Shown piece by piece: positions 1 to 8,943 of a stretch of DNA of 64,000 nucleotides. The notes beneath the pieces are model-generated. The model was not told the origin of the DNA. It searched no databases and worked only from the letters and a program-made list of their open reading frames with translations. The stretch's first letter is position 1. Every line of letters begins with the position of its first letter. Both the position numbers and the translations under genes were made by a program. The stretch is from an uncultured Bacteroidales bacterium. GTDB taxonomy: Bacteria; Bacteroidota; Bacteroidia; Bacteroidales; Muribaculaceae. The DNA lies in the NCBI GenBank assembly GCA_902777835.1, contig CACYVC010000001.1:31736-95735 (forward strand). Direction: 5' to 3'.

Positions 1-2225
1 CGGAAAATGCCTGCGCCCTCTACCGAGAATTGCAGGTCATCGTCGGCATCGGGTAGGAGAGTGCCGTTTTTATCGATGAGGCTCACAGTAATGAATGCCA
101 AGTCGTTGCCGTCGGCACATAGAGTGGTGCGGTCGGCATCTAATTGCAGACGGTGAGGTTTACGGGCAGTTTTTACAGTCTTTTCACCAGCTTTCTTGCC
201 GTTTTCATCATATACCACCACTTTAATCTCTCCTGGCTCATACACCACGTCGCGCCAGCGCAGACGGTAGCGGTCGAGGCGGGTAGTGGGGTCTTTTGTG
301 ATCTTGCCTTGACTCTTGCCGTTGACAAAAAGTTCGGCAGTGGGGTAGTCGGTGTAGCAATAAACAGGTGTCACTTTACCTTTGCGGTCGGGCCATGTCC
401 AGTGTGGCAGCAAGTGGATGGTGTGGCTTTCCTTGTTCCAATGACTTCGATAGAGGTAGTAACGGTCTTTGGGCAGACCAGCGAGGTCAACGATACCGAA
501 ATAACTGCTGCGCGAGGGCCAATAGGCGTCGTAGGGGGTGGGCTCGCCAAGATAGTCGAATCCTGTCCATACAAACTCTCCGACAGTCCAGTCGAAATCG
601 TCTTGTAATCGCCAGTCGTCATCAGGAAGGTTGCTCCACCAGCAATATTCAGTGTCATAGCTTGAGCACTGGCCATTTTCATGAGCAAGCATTGTGGCGC
701 AGGTGTCGGGGAAGAAATACTCGCCACGGCTGCTCAGTGTCGAGGCGGTCTCGCTACCCAGCACGAAGCCTTGAGGCAGCAGTTTAACGCAGTCCTCATA
801 GCGGTGCACGCGATAGTTAAACCCTGGCACGTCGGCTTGCTGCGCAAAGCCGCATTTGATGTCGGCATCGGGGTTGTCCATGCCGCAAGTCACCAAGCGA
901 GTGGTGTCAAGCACATGGCACCATTGCACTAGCGCTGCATATCGCTCGGCACCTTCCTCCTTCCACTGCTCAGGAATTTCATTGCCCACGCTCCAGAGCA
1001 CGATGCTGGGATGGTTGCGGTGGTTCATGATGAGGTTGTAAATGTCCTTCTTCCACCATTCGTCCCAGAAGCGGTTGTAACCGTTTTTCACCTTAGGATC
1101 TTTCCAGCAGTCGAAACTCTCGGCCATAACCATCAGTCCTAAGCTGTCGCAAAGTTCCATCTGCCAAGTCGCGGGCATATTGTGTGAGGTGCGTATGGCA
1201 TCGGCACCCATGTCTTTCATCATCTTGAGTTGACGTGCCATAGCGGCCTTGTTGGCAGCTGCACCAAGTGGACCCAAGTCGTGGTGCAGACACACTCCTT
1301 TGAACTTACGTGTCACGCCATTGAGTTGGAAGCCGTGCTCCTTGCTGAATGCCACTGTTCGCACACCCAGGTTGTCGGTGCGCTCATCCACTATTTTATC
1401 ATTGAGTGCTACAGTGGAGTGAACCTTATATAAATAAGGCGACTCGGGCGACCACAGGCGGGCGTGAGGCATCATCAGCTCCATGCGGCAATATCCGTCG
1501 GAACCTATGCGGCGCTGTGTCTCGGAAACGACTTTGCCCTCACGGTCGATGATTTCCACTGTGATAACTGGATGGTCACCAACCACGCAGCCGTTGAGCA
1601 TGGAGTTGACAGCAACCCATGCGGTATCGTTTTGCACTTTCATAGTGTGGATGTCATGGCCCCAAGTGTCAAATGCCACTCTGCCGCTTGTGATAAGTTT
1701 TACGGGGCGATAGAGACCCGCGCCGGGATACCAGCGGCTGCTCTCCTCCACATTCTTGAGACGTATCTCAAGTCTCACACCTCTAGGCTTTTCTTTCAGA
1801 TATGGAGTCAAATCTACCCTGAAGGCGTTATATCCGTAGGCCCACCTTCCTATTTCCTCGCCGTTGAGATAGATGACTGGTTCACTCATGGCGCCGTCAA
1901 AAAGCAGCTCGGCGCGCCCGGGGAGTGCTGGCAGCAGAACATTAGTCCGGTAATATCCCTCGCCAATCCAGGGCAGGGCACCTGAGCGGCCGCTGTGCTC
2001 GGTTGCTTTCTCCTCGCCGTTCTCCTTGATGGCGACCACTTGCAGGTCCCATTTCTTGTCGAAGGGCCCGCTTATCGCCCAGTCGTGGGGGATGGTCACT
2101 TCTTGCCAGTTCTCACGGTCGCGGCTGAACTCCATTGTACTGAATTCAAAAACGTTGGTTACTTGAGCATTGACGCTAAGTGTCAAAATTGCTGCTGCAA
2201 TCGAGATAAAATGTCGTAGTTTCAT
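1..2225 (-). CDS. Glycoside hydrolase family 2 beta-galactosidase; N-terminal ~741 aa, with the C-terminus beyond the window start
   Basis: Absent from the ORF track because no stop codon falls inside the window. The reverse complement from 2225 reads ATG AAA CTA CGA CAT TTT..., giving MKLRHFISIAAAILTLSVNAQ (signal peptide). The reverse complement of ~1100-1330 gives LNGVTRKFKGVCLHHDLGPLGAAANKAAMARQLKMMKDMGADAIRTSHNMP, which is GH2 TIM-barrel-like. The + strand ORFs 144-2219 are antisense noise. Confidence 0.85.
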   Translation of the reverse strand, partial: MKLRHFISIAAAILTLSVNAQVTNVFEFSTMEFSRDRENWQEVTIPHDWAISGPFDKKWDLQVVAIKENGEEKATEHSGRSGALPWIGEGYYRTNVLLPALPGRAELLFDGAMSEPVIYLNGEEIGRWAYGYNAFRVDLTPYLKEKPRGVRLEIRLKNVEESSRWYPGAGLYRPVKLITSGRVAFDTWGHDIHTMKVQNDTAWVAVNSMLNGCVVGDHPVITVEIIDREGKVVSETQRRIGSDGYCRMELMMPHARLWSPESPYLYKVHSTVALNDKIVDERTDNLGVRTVAFSKEHGFQLNGVTRKFKGVCLHHDLGPLGAAANKAAMARQLKMMKDMGADAIRTSHNMPATWQMELCDSLGLMVMAESFDCWKDPKVKNGYNRFWDEWWKKDIYNLIMNHRNHPSIVLWSVGNEIPEQWKEEGAERYAALVQWCHVLDTTRLVTCGMDNPDADIKCGFAQQADVPGFNYRVHRYEDCVKLLPQGFVLGSETASTLSSRGEYFFPDTCATMLAHENGQCSSYDTEYCWWSNLPDDDWRLQDDFDWTVGEFVWTGFDYLGEPTPYDAYWPSRSSYFGIVDLAGLPKDRYYLYRSHWNKESHTIHLLPHWTWPDRKGKVTPVYCYTDYPTAELFVNGKSQGKITKDPTTRLDRYRLRWRDVVYEPGEIKVVVYDENGKKAGEKTVKTARKPHRLQLDADRTTLCADGNDLAFITVSLIDKNGTLLPDADDDLQFSVEGAGIF

Positions 2226-2247
2226 GTGTAAAAGTGTTTTATTTGTG

Positions 2248-2255
2248 CAAAGGTA
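2248..2255 (-). promoter_or_regulatory. Bacteroidota sigma-A type -7 box (TACCTTTG) for the GH2 gene
   Basis: The + strand caaaggta is TACCTTTG on the minus strand, matching TAnnTTTG. It lies 23 nt upstream of the ATG at 2225. Confidence 0.45.
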
Positions 2256-2260
2256 AGAAA

Positions 2261-2379
2261 TAGTTTTTAGATTTTAGTTCTTTAGTTCTTAGTTTTTAAT
2301 TCTTAGTCATTAGTTTTTTAGTTGTGAGTGGACATGTCGAGTGGACAAGTCAGACAGGTCCGACCAGTCAGTCAATCAA
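2261..2379. repeat. Degenerate 7-nt-period tract (TAGTTTT-type words drifting to GAGTGGA/AGTC words)
   Basis: Read in 7-nt steps from 2261: TAGTTTT TAGATTT TAGTTCT TTAGTTC TTAGTTT TTAATTC TTAGTCA TTAGTTT TTTAGTT GTGAGTG GACATGT CGAGTGG ACAAGTC AGACAGG TCCGACC AGTCAGT CAATCAA. Confidence 0.8.
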
Positions 2380-2410
2380 TGTCAAGAAAAATCTATAAAA
2401 AAACACGAGT

Positions 2411-2418
2411 TTAACTTT
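2411..2418 (+). promoter_or_regulatory. Candidate -7 box TAACTTTG upstream of the LRR gene
   Basis: Exact TAnnTTTG match, but ~140 nt upstream of the ATG at 2560. Confidence 0.3.
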
Positions 2419-2559
2419 GTTTAACCAAAATAGGCGGGAAAATTGTAAAATTTTGAATAATTTTGAACCAAAATCTATGACTTTGCTTACAAATCTAAAG
2501 TGTTTATGGGTTAATAATGGTGATTAATTAAACAATTAAAGCTATAAAACATTTTTATT

Positions 2560-5268
2560 ATGAAAAGAATTTTACTCCTAATGATGGCGATAGCCTCGAT
2601 TGGTATAATTGCCAATGCCGATAACTACGAAATCAACGTTGGTGGTGTGGAAGTCACTACCAGCAACTACAACAATGTGACTGGTGGTGACATCACTGTG
2701 ACCAGTGGATGCAGCAGTGGCTACGTGCGTTTTACCCCAAGCACTAAAACTCTCACGCTCTACAATATCACTATAGAGCGAACAGGAAATAACAATTACG
2801 GTGTACACAATCGTAAATATGACAACCTGACAATAGAGTTTATCGGGATATGCAAGTTAAAACCTAGTAATGCCCCTGGGCTGAAGATTCAGAGGAACAC
2901 TACCGTCAAAATTAGCGGCACACATAATTATACCTATATTTACGGTAACAGTAGTAATAACAAACCGGCAATAGAAGTAGATAATGACAGGACTTTGACA
3001 TTCACTGGTGACAGAGGCACAATGGATGAGAATTGGAACTTGCTAGAAATAAAAGGCGGCGGAAGCAGCTCAACTAATCCAACCATAAAAGGTGGCTCCA
3101 ACATAACATTTAAAGGGAATGCCAACGTCTCGATTGATTGGACAGGTACTGGTAGTAGTGGCTACTGTTTTTATAATCAGAGCCTCACCTTCGATACGGG
3201 ATGTGACGTGGTAATGTATGGAGGTGACCAAGGTGTGATGTACGGTTGCAACAGCACTACCATTAGCGGTTATCTGACAATCATCACCCCATTGCAAGGG
3301 AACAAAATTGGAACATTTAGCTCAGGAGCTATCTGGAACAGCAATGGTCAGCGTGCCAATAGGGCACGTATCACGAATCATCATGTGGCAATTCTCAACT
3401 CTAACTACTTCCCAGACTCAAAATTCCTTGAAGCGATAGATGGCCTAACAGCCCCTGGCTCTAGCGGCTATCTGTTTCATTGGGATGGATGCCTAATGGA
3501 CTATACAGTTCCACTTGTGACTTCTTTGAATATAAGTAATAAAAATATCTCAAACATCTCTGGCATTCAGTACTTCACCGCCCTCACTTCTCTTAATTGT
3601 AGTGGAAATAATATCAGTTCGTTCAACCTATCGGCACTAACAAAACTGATAACGCTAGACTGCCACAGCAACAGTCTCACCACGCTGGGAACACTGCCCA
3701 GTTCACTGCAGACATTAAACTGCTCTTACAACAACTTCTCGGGAACCATATCTTTCACTAATAATAGCACCCTGAAAACTCTGAACTTGAGCAGTAACAC
3801 ACGTTTGACAACGGTGAATGTTTACGGAAACAGTAACTTGACGAGCCTTGATGTTACCGGCTGCTCGGGAATGACCACTCTCAACTGCTACTCAAGCAAG
3901 CTGTCGTCGCTTAACCTGTCGGGATGCTCTTCTCTTGACTACGTCAACGCCTCTAACAACCAGCTCACTTCACTGAGCAACGTGCCAGCATCTTTGCAGT
4001 CGCTGTACTGCTTGACTAACAAGTTCAGCACTTTCTCATTGACTGGTCACAGCAAGTTGAGAAACCTGGATTTAGGCAGCAATGATAACCTCACAACGGT
4101 GAATGTGCAAAACAACAGTGCATTGACCAATCTCTATGTGAATAATTGCTCGGTATTGTCGGTCCTGAAATGTGGCAGCTGCAATATCTCAACGCTTGTT
4201 TTCACCGGGTGCTCATCACTTTATTACCTTGATTGCTCAAACAATAAACTCAGCTCTCTCAATATTTCGGACAACCATGCCCTGAAGAATGTGTATGCCT
4301 ACAACAATCTCATTACTTCGGTACCCACTTTCGGAGTATATAATCAAATCACTCTTGAGGTGTTAAACCTTAGTGGCAATAAGTTCACACAAGTCAATCT
4401 CAATGGCTTTAGCAAGCTTTATAATCTTGCACTTAACGAAAATGCTAACCTCTCTAATGTGGAAGTTAACAACAGTGCTATTACCACGCTTGAGCTTATG
4501 TCCTGCCCTGCTTTGACCACTCTCAAGTGCTATAACGATAAACTTAGTTACATAACTTATTCTTCATCGGCGGTTGATGGACTAAAACTATATGGAACTA
4601 CAGGAATTACATATTTAAGCTGCTATCTGAACCAGTTCACTTCGCTTGATGTGAGCAAACTGACCAACTTGACTTATCTTTATTGCTATAACAATAAGAT
4701 TCAGTCGTTGAATGTGGCAAACAAGACAAAACTGTATGAACTCGAAGTATATAACAACCAGCTCACTTCACTAAATGTGGAAGGGTGCTCGGCATTGAAA
4801 TATCTAGAGTGTTATAACAACTATCTCTCTTCGTTGTCAGTTCAGGGCTGCAACTCGCTCACTTTAATAGATTGTAGTAAGAATCAAATCAAAGAATGGG
4901 GGATGAACACGTTAGTAAATAGTCTGCGCACGATACCGTCGGGCAGTTTAGGCAACTTGAATGTTATCTCAAACTCTAATGAGGGCAACATCATCACCGA
5001 CGCACAGGTAAGGACAGCCCGCAACAAACGCTGGTTCCCTAAGAAATATGTGAGCGGCAGTGGATGGGTTGATATACCCGTCAACACTTCTGTTCCTGGC
5101 GACGTGAACGGCGACGGAACAGTGACTGCCGCCGATATCACCGCCCTATATGATGTGCTGCTTAATAATGACTACAGTCAAATCGTGAACGGCGACCAAA
5201 CTGGTGACGGCATCATCACTGCTGCCGATATCACCGCGGTTTACACCATCATGCTAAGCAGTAAATAG
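2560..5268 (+). CDS. Secreted leucine-rich-repeat protein with a C-terminal dockerin-type module
   Basis: 902-aa ORF with signal peptide MKRILLLMMAIASIGIIANA. It has a ~300-aa N-terminal Gly/Thr/Asn-rich region and ~20 tandem ~22-aa LRRs (LTSLNCSGNNISSFNLSALTKLITLDCHSNSLTTL...). The C-terminus is GDVNGDGTVTAADITALYDVLL...GDQTGDGIITAADITAVYTIML. Confidence 0.85.
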   Translation: MKRILLLMMAIASIGIIANADNYEINVGGVEVTTSNYNNVTGGDITVTSGCSSGYVRFTPSTKTLTLYNITIERTGNNNYGVHNRKYDNLTIEFIGICKLKPSNAPGLKIQRNTTVKISGTHNYTYIYGNSSNNKPAIEVDNDRTLTFTGDRGTMDENWNLLEIKGGGSSSTNPTIKGGSNITFKGNANVSIDWTGTGSSGYCFYNQSLTFDTGCDVVMYGGDQGVMYGCNSTTISGYLTIITPLQGNKIGTFSSGAIWNSNGQRANRARITNHHVAILNSNYFPDSKFLEAIDGLTAPGSSGYLFHWDGCLMDYTVPLVTSLNISNKNISNISGIQYFTALTSLNCSGNNISSFNLSALTKLITLDCHSNSLTTLGTLPSSLQTLNCSYNNFSGTISFTNNSTLKTLNLSSNTRLTTVNVYGNSNLTSLDVTGCSGMTTLNCYSSKLSSLNLSGCSSLDYVNASNNQLTSLSNVPASLQSLYCLTNKFSTFSLTGHSKLRNLDLGSNDNLTTVNVQNNSALTNLYVNNCSVLSVLKCGSCNISTLVFTGCSSLYYLDCSNNKLSSLNISDNHALKNVYAYNNLITSVPTFGVYNQITLEVLNLSGNKFTQVNLNGFSKLYNLALNENANLSNVEVNNSAITTLELMSCPALTTLKCYNDKLSYITYSSSAVDGLKLYGTTGITYLSCYLNQFTSLDVSKLTNLTYLYCYNNKIQSLNVANKTKLYELEVYNNQLTSLNVEGCSALKYLECYNNYLSSLSVQGCNSLTLIDCSKNQIKEWGMNTLVNSLRTIPSGSLGNLNVISNSNEGNIITDAQVRTARNKRWFPKKYVSGSGWVDIPVNTSVPGDVNGDGTVTAADITALYDVLLNNDYSQIVNGDQTGDGIITAADITAVYTIMLSSK
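5092..5265 (+). other. Dockerin type I-like duplicated Ca-binding loop-helix module (last 58 aa of the LRR protein)
   Basis: Two DxNxDGxxxxxD loops (DVNGDGTVTAAD and DQTGDGIITAAD), each followed by an ITA(L/V)Y helix, at the extreme C-terminus. Confidence 0.7.
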
Positions 5269-5582
5269 TGCATTATTTGTGAATCGTTCTATCACAATCA
5301 GTCGGTTTCTCGCCAATCAGTGCTTTGCGACTCGACAACTAATTGTGATTGCTCATAGTCGCTAGTGGCTTTTTGCTTCGCAGATAAAAAAATATAACAA
5401 CAAAAATAGCTTGTGATCGAAGATAATTAATAATGCAGAATCAACTCTCTACTCTCTCCTCGTAGCTGGATTGACTATTAAACTATTGATGAAAGTATTT
5501 GTCAAAAATAATAGGTAAATAGTTGCTGATTTAAGAGTAATTTTTTTTGTAAACTGAAATATAAACAATAAAAAACAAGATT

Positions 5583-6602
5583 ATGAAAAAGACCTATTTT
5601 TTACTAGGATTGATGTTACTATCGCTGAGTGCTACGCTAAGTGCAATGACTCCAATTGAGTTGAAAATTAATGGTGTATCTTTAGCTTTTGTTCAAGATG
5701 CTGTAGTCCCCGAGTCTATGAACGAGCAGTTCCTTAAGGGTGTATATTGTGGCTCGACAAGTGATCTTAAAGACGCGCAAATAATTATTACAAGATTTGA
5801 ATATGCTGATAATAACACCAACCCAGACATCTGCACAGCAGTGCTGAAGGTAGGTTATGATTATTATTTGGCAACATATAAGCTCAAAGGCGGTATCATT
5901 GATGGTGCGTTGCTGCTGAAGAAAGATGACATAGAGTTTTGTTGTGATTTTATGAATCCTGGCGGCAACAGGATGAATGCTGACTCACCGACTATATCTC
6001 TTGAGGAGAAAAAGGTGAGTGTAACACGCAACTATACGACACATGTCAATGCATTGAGAATGGGTGGACCTATAATCACAGAGGTTGGAAGCTTTACGAC
6101 TGTCTATAACGTTGATAATGCTGGAAAAATATCTGTAGGAGATGGTAGCCAGCACTCTAAATGGATTGTTGAAAATAACACAAGTGTTCCTGGCAAGAAA
6201 TTCGGTAGGGATGTGACCGAGAGTGATAAATGCCGCACATTAGGTCCTGGAATGAATATTATTTCATTATATACCACCCCCGTTAGCCAAGAGAACGAGG
6301 AAACTGCCAATAGGCTAGAAGTTCTTTTTAAACAATTTGACGAGATGATGGCTAGAGCCAAGAATCAAGAATTCGAAAGTGCGGCAAAGTGCATGGTGGA
6401 ACTTGAAATGGCCCAAATGGGCATGGTTCTACGCAACCCTCAGTTGTGGCTGTCTTGGCTCGACAAGAACCCAAACACTAGAAGTATGGAAACCCTCAAC
6501 AAATCGTTGGAGGATAAGGACTTTAAGGCTGAACTTCTGAAAGAGGTAAAATCGCTTAAAGACAAAAAGTTGCGCAAGGCTTGGGAGAAGAGGTTGAAAT
6601 AG
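5583..6602 (+). CDS. Hypothetical secreted protein; family not recognised
   Basis: 339-aa ORF with ATG start and signal peptide MKKTYFLLGLMLLSLSATLSA. The C-terminal ~100 aa are Lys/Glu-rich and helical (KSLEDKDFKAELLKEVKSLKDKKLRKAWEKRLK). I recognise no motif. Confidence 0.6.
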   Translation: MKKTYFLLGLMLLSLSATLSAMTPIELKINGVSLAFVQDAVVPESMNEQFLKGVYCGSTSDLKDAQIIITRFEYADNNTNPDICTAVLKVGYDYYLATYKLKGGIIDGALLLKKDDIEFCCDFMNPGGNRMNADSPTISLEEKKVSVTRNYTTHVNALRMGGPIITEVGSFTTVYNVDNAGKISVGDGSQHSKWIVENNTSVPGKKFGRDVTESDKCRTLGPGMNIISLYTTPVSQENEETANRLEVLFKQFDEMMARAKNQEFESAAKCMVELEMAQMGMVLRNPQLWLSWLDKNPNTRSMETLNKSLEDKDFKAELLKEVKSLKDKKLRKAWEKRLK

Positions 6603-6730
6603 TATGCCACTTCGCTAGTTATGATATTTCATAAGCGCTTCCATTCACTGGTGGCGCTTTTTGAATAGTGAATGAAGGGTACGCCATATATTATGACGCA
6701 CCCTTTATGCTATCGAATTTTGTAAAAGTA

Positions 6731-7945
6731 TTATGCCATACCCTTTAAATAGTCTTTGGCAAGCACATTGATGATGTCTTTTGCTACCTCAGTTTTTGGT
6801 TTGCAGGGGTATTCCATTTTCTTGCCATCGCTGGTGATAATGGTGATTACATTTGTATCTACTTGGAAACCTGCGTTTTTGTTCTGTAGTGAGTTTAGGA
6901 CTATAAAGTCGAGGTTTTTGCGTTGACATTTGCCGATGGCGTTTTCTATCTCATTGTCGGTTTCGAGGGCGAAGCCAATCGTCACTTGATCAGGGCGTTT
7001 CATCTCGCCTATGGCGCGAGCGATGTCGGGGTTTTTCTTGAGACGGATAACGGGAATCTCATCTTTCTCGCGTTTGATTTTGTGGTCGACGGCATTCTCC
7101 ACAGCATAGTCGGCCACGGCGGCACATAGGATTGCCACATCGCTCTTTTCAAACTCCTTGATTGCTGCGTCATGCATCTCTTGCGCGCTCATCACATCAA
7201 TGCGGTTGATGGCTGGCGATGATGTCTTGAGGGCAACAGGTCCGGCAATCAACGTCACCTCAGCGCCACGAGCGGCACATTCCTCAGCAAGTGCAAATCC
7301 CATCTTACCTGACGAGAAATTACCAATGAATCGCACTGGGTCAATCTTCTCATAGGTGGGGCCAGCGGTAATCATAATCTTCTTTCCCGCAAGGTCTTGA
7401 CCCTGTTCAAAGAAGCGGTTAAGCACCTCAAAAATTTTCTCAGGCTCTTCCATGCGCCCCTTGCCAATAAGGTGGCTGGCAAGCTCACCGGCAGCTGGCT
7501 CAATGATGTGGTTGCCATAGCTGCGTAGTAGTTCGAGGTTATGAGTTGTGGTGGGGTGCTTAAACATATCAAGGTCCATCGCTGGAGCCACAAAGACAGG
7601 TGCCTTTGCCGAGAGGTAGGTCGTCACGAGCATGTTGTCGGCCACGCCATGCGCCATTTTAGCGATGGTTGAAGCAGTAGCAGGCGCTATAACCATCGCA
7701 TCGGCCCAAAGACCGAGGTCCACGTGACTATTCCACTGCCCAGTGTTGGCAGTGAAGAACTCGCTGATAACTGGCTTGCCGCTCAGAGTCGAGAGCGTTA
7801 CAGGCGTGATAAACTCTCTTGCGTTGGGTGTCATTATCACTTGCACACTGGCGCCTGCCTTAACAAAAAGGCGCACCAGCGATGCGGTCTTATAGGCGGC
7901 AATGCCACCAGTGATTCCCACTATTATGTTTTTACCTTTCAACAT
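6731..7945 (-). CDS. coaBC: Bifunctional phosphopantothenoylcysteine decarboxylase / phosphopantothenate-cysteine ligase
   Basis: 404 aa. The N-terminal flavoprotein motif is NIIVGITGGIAAYKTASLVRLFVKAG; the C-terminal DFP/CoaB domain contains GPTYEKIDPVRFIGNFSSGKMG. Confidence 0.93.
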   Translation of the reverse strand: MLKGKNIIVGITGGIAAYKTASLVRLFVKAGASVQVIMTPNAREFITPVTLSTLSGKPVISEFFTANTGQWNSHVDLGLWADAMVIAPATASTIAKMAHGVADNMLVTTYLSAKAPVFVAPAMDLDMFKHPTTTHNLELLRSYGNHIIEPAAGELASHLIGKGRMEEPEKIFEVLNRFFEQGQDLAGKKIMITAGPTYEKIDPVRFIGNFSSGKMGFALAEECAARGAEVTLIAGPVALKTSSPAINRIDVMSAQEMHDAAIKEFEKSDVAILCAAVADYAVENAVDHKIKREKDEIPVIRLKKNPDIARAIGEMKRPDQVTIGFALETDNEIENAIGKCQRKNLDFIVLNSLQNKNAGFQVDTNVITIITSDGKKMEYPCKPKTEVAKDIINVLAKDYLKGMA

Positions 7946-7953
7946 TCAAAAAA

Positions 7954-8065
7954 TAAGTGTTAAGTTTTAAGTTAGCGCCTACGGCGCGTGGAAGGTGGGA
8001 AGTGGAAGGTAGAAAGAGGATTGTGAACGTATTCTCAACTCTTCCCCCTCAACTCATTTCTCTCA
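7954..8065. repeat. 16 phase-locked heptamers filling the exonuclease-coaBC spacer
   Basis: From 7954: TAAGTGT TAAGTTT TAAGTTA GCGCCTA CGGCGCG TGGAAGG TGGGAAG TGGAAGG TAGAAAG AGGATTG TGAACGT ATTCTCA ACTCTTC CCCCTCA ACTCATT TCTCTCA. Confidence 0.8.
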
Positions 8066-8067
8066 CC

Positions 8068-8865
8068 TTATTTAAATTGTATTGTCCCTGTGCTGTTGCG
8101 CTGCTTCATCTTAATGTAGATTTCGCGGAGCACGTTCTTGGTATCCTCGGCGAAGTCGCGGTTCTGAATCCAGTCATAGTATTGCGGTGTCTTGGTGAGC
8201 ACTTCTTCCACGCTCTTGCCTTTGTGCTGACCGAAGTTGAATACCACCACGCCCTCGTCGTTGCGGATGATGCGTCCGGCAAGATCAACATTACGGTTCT
8301 GGCTCGAATAGCTTGAAAGAAAATCAACATCATTTTGCAGGTCGTTGCCATAGCGGTCGAGTTGTGCCTTTAGTACTTCGAGAGTCGCGCGAGTGTCGGC
8401 ACTCGCCGAGTGAGCGTCTTTTAGGTCCTTGCCGCAGTAGAACTTGTAAGCAGCTATCAGGTTACGCGGCTCCATCTTGTGGAAAATGGTCTGCACATCC
8501 ACAAACTTACACTTGTTAAAGTCGAACTTAATGCCCGCATTGAAAAACTCTTGCGAGAGCACCGGTATGTCGAAACGGTTGCTGTTGAATCCGCCAATGT
8601 CGCAGCCCTCAAAAATCTGAGCCAGGCTCTTTGAAACCTGCTTGAAAGTAGGGCAGTCCTTTACGTCCTCATCGGTGATGCCATGCACAGCACTTGCCTC
8701 CTCGGGGATATGCATCTCGGGGTTGAGGCGGCGCGTCTTCTCTTCTTCATGACCGTCGGGGAAAACCTTGATGATTGAAATCTCAACAATCTTGTCCTTA
8801 GTGATATTAAGCCCTGTCGTCTCTAGGTCGAAGAATATTATGGGGCGTTTTAGATTAAGTTGCAT
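8068..8865 (-). CDS. DEDDh 3'-5' exonuclease (DnaQ / DNA polymerase III epsilon-like)
   Basis: 265 aa with Exo motifs FFDLETTGL, GFNSNRFDIPVL and HSASADTRAT. It sits between dnaN and coaBC. Confidence 0.85.
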   Translation of the reverse strand: MQLNLKRPIIFFDLETTGLNITKDKIVEISIIKVFPDGHEEEKTRRLNPEMHIPEEASAVHGITDEDVKDCPTFKQVSKSLAQIFEGCDIGGFNSNRFDIPVLSQEFFNAGIKFDFNKCKFVDVQTIFHKMEPRNLIAAYKFYCGKDLKDAHSASADTRATLEVLKAQLDRYGNDLQNDVDFLSSYSSQNRNVDLAGRIIRNDEGVVVFNFGQHKGKSVEEVLTKTPQYYDWIQNRDFAEDTKNVLREIYIKMKQRNSTGTIQFK

Positions 8866-8943
8866 AGTGCTAAATTTAATAGTTGCCTAGATATTCTAGG
8901 GTTTCTAGATGATCTAGGCAACTTATTATACAGTTTCAACAAT

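Noticed and set aside
144-2219. A series of + strand ORFs (154, 139, 173 aa and others) at the left edge.
   Set aside because: They overlap each other in different frames and are antisense to one continuous minus-strand frame. That frame encodes a convincing GH2 beta-galactosidase with a signal peptide starting at 2225.
5441-5490. ACTCTCT ACTCTCT and ACTATTA-A-ACTATTG words in the LRR/orphan spacer, considered as a sixth heptamer tract.
   Set aside because: There are only two exact units and the register is then lost. This is too short to separate from chance.
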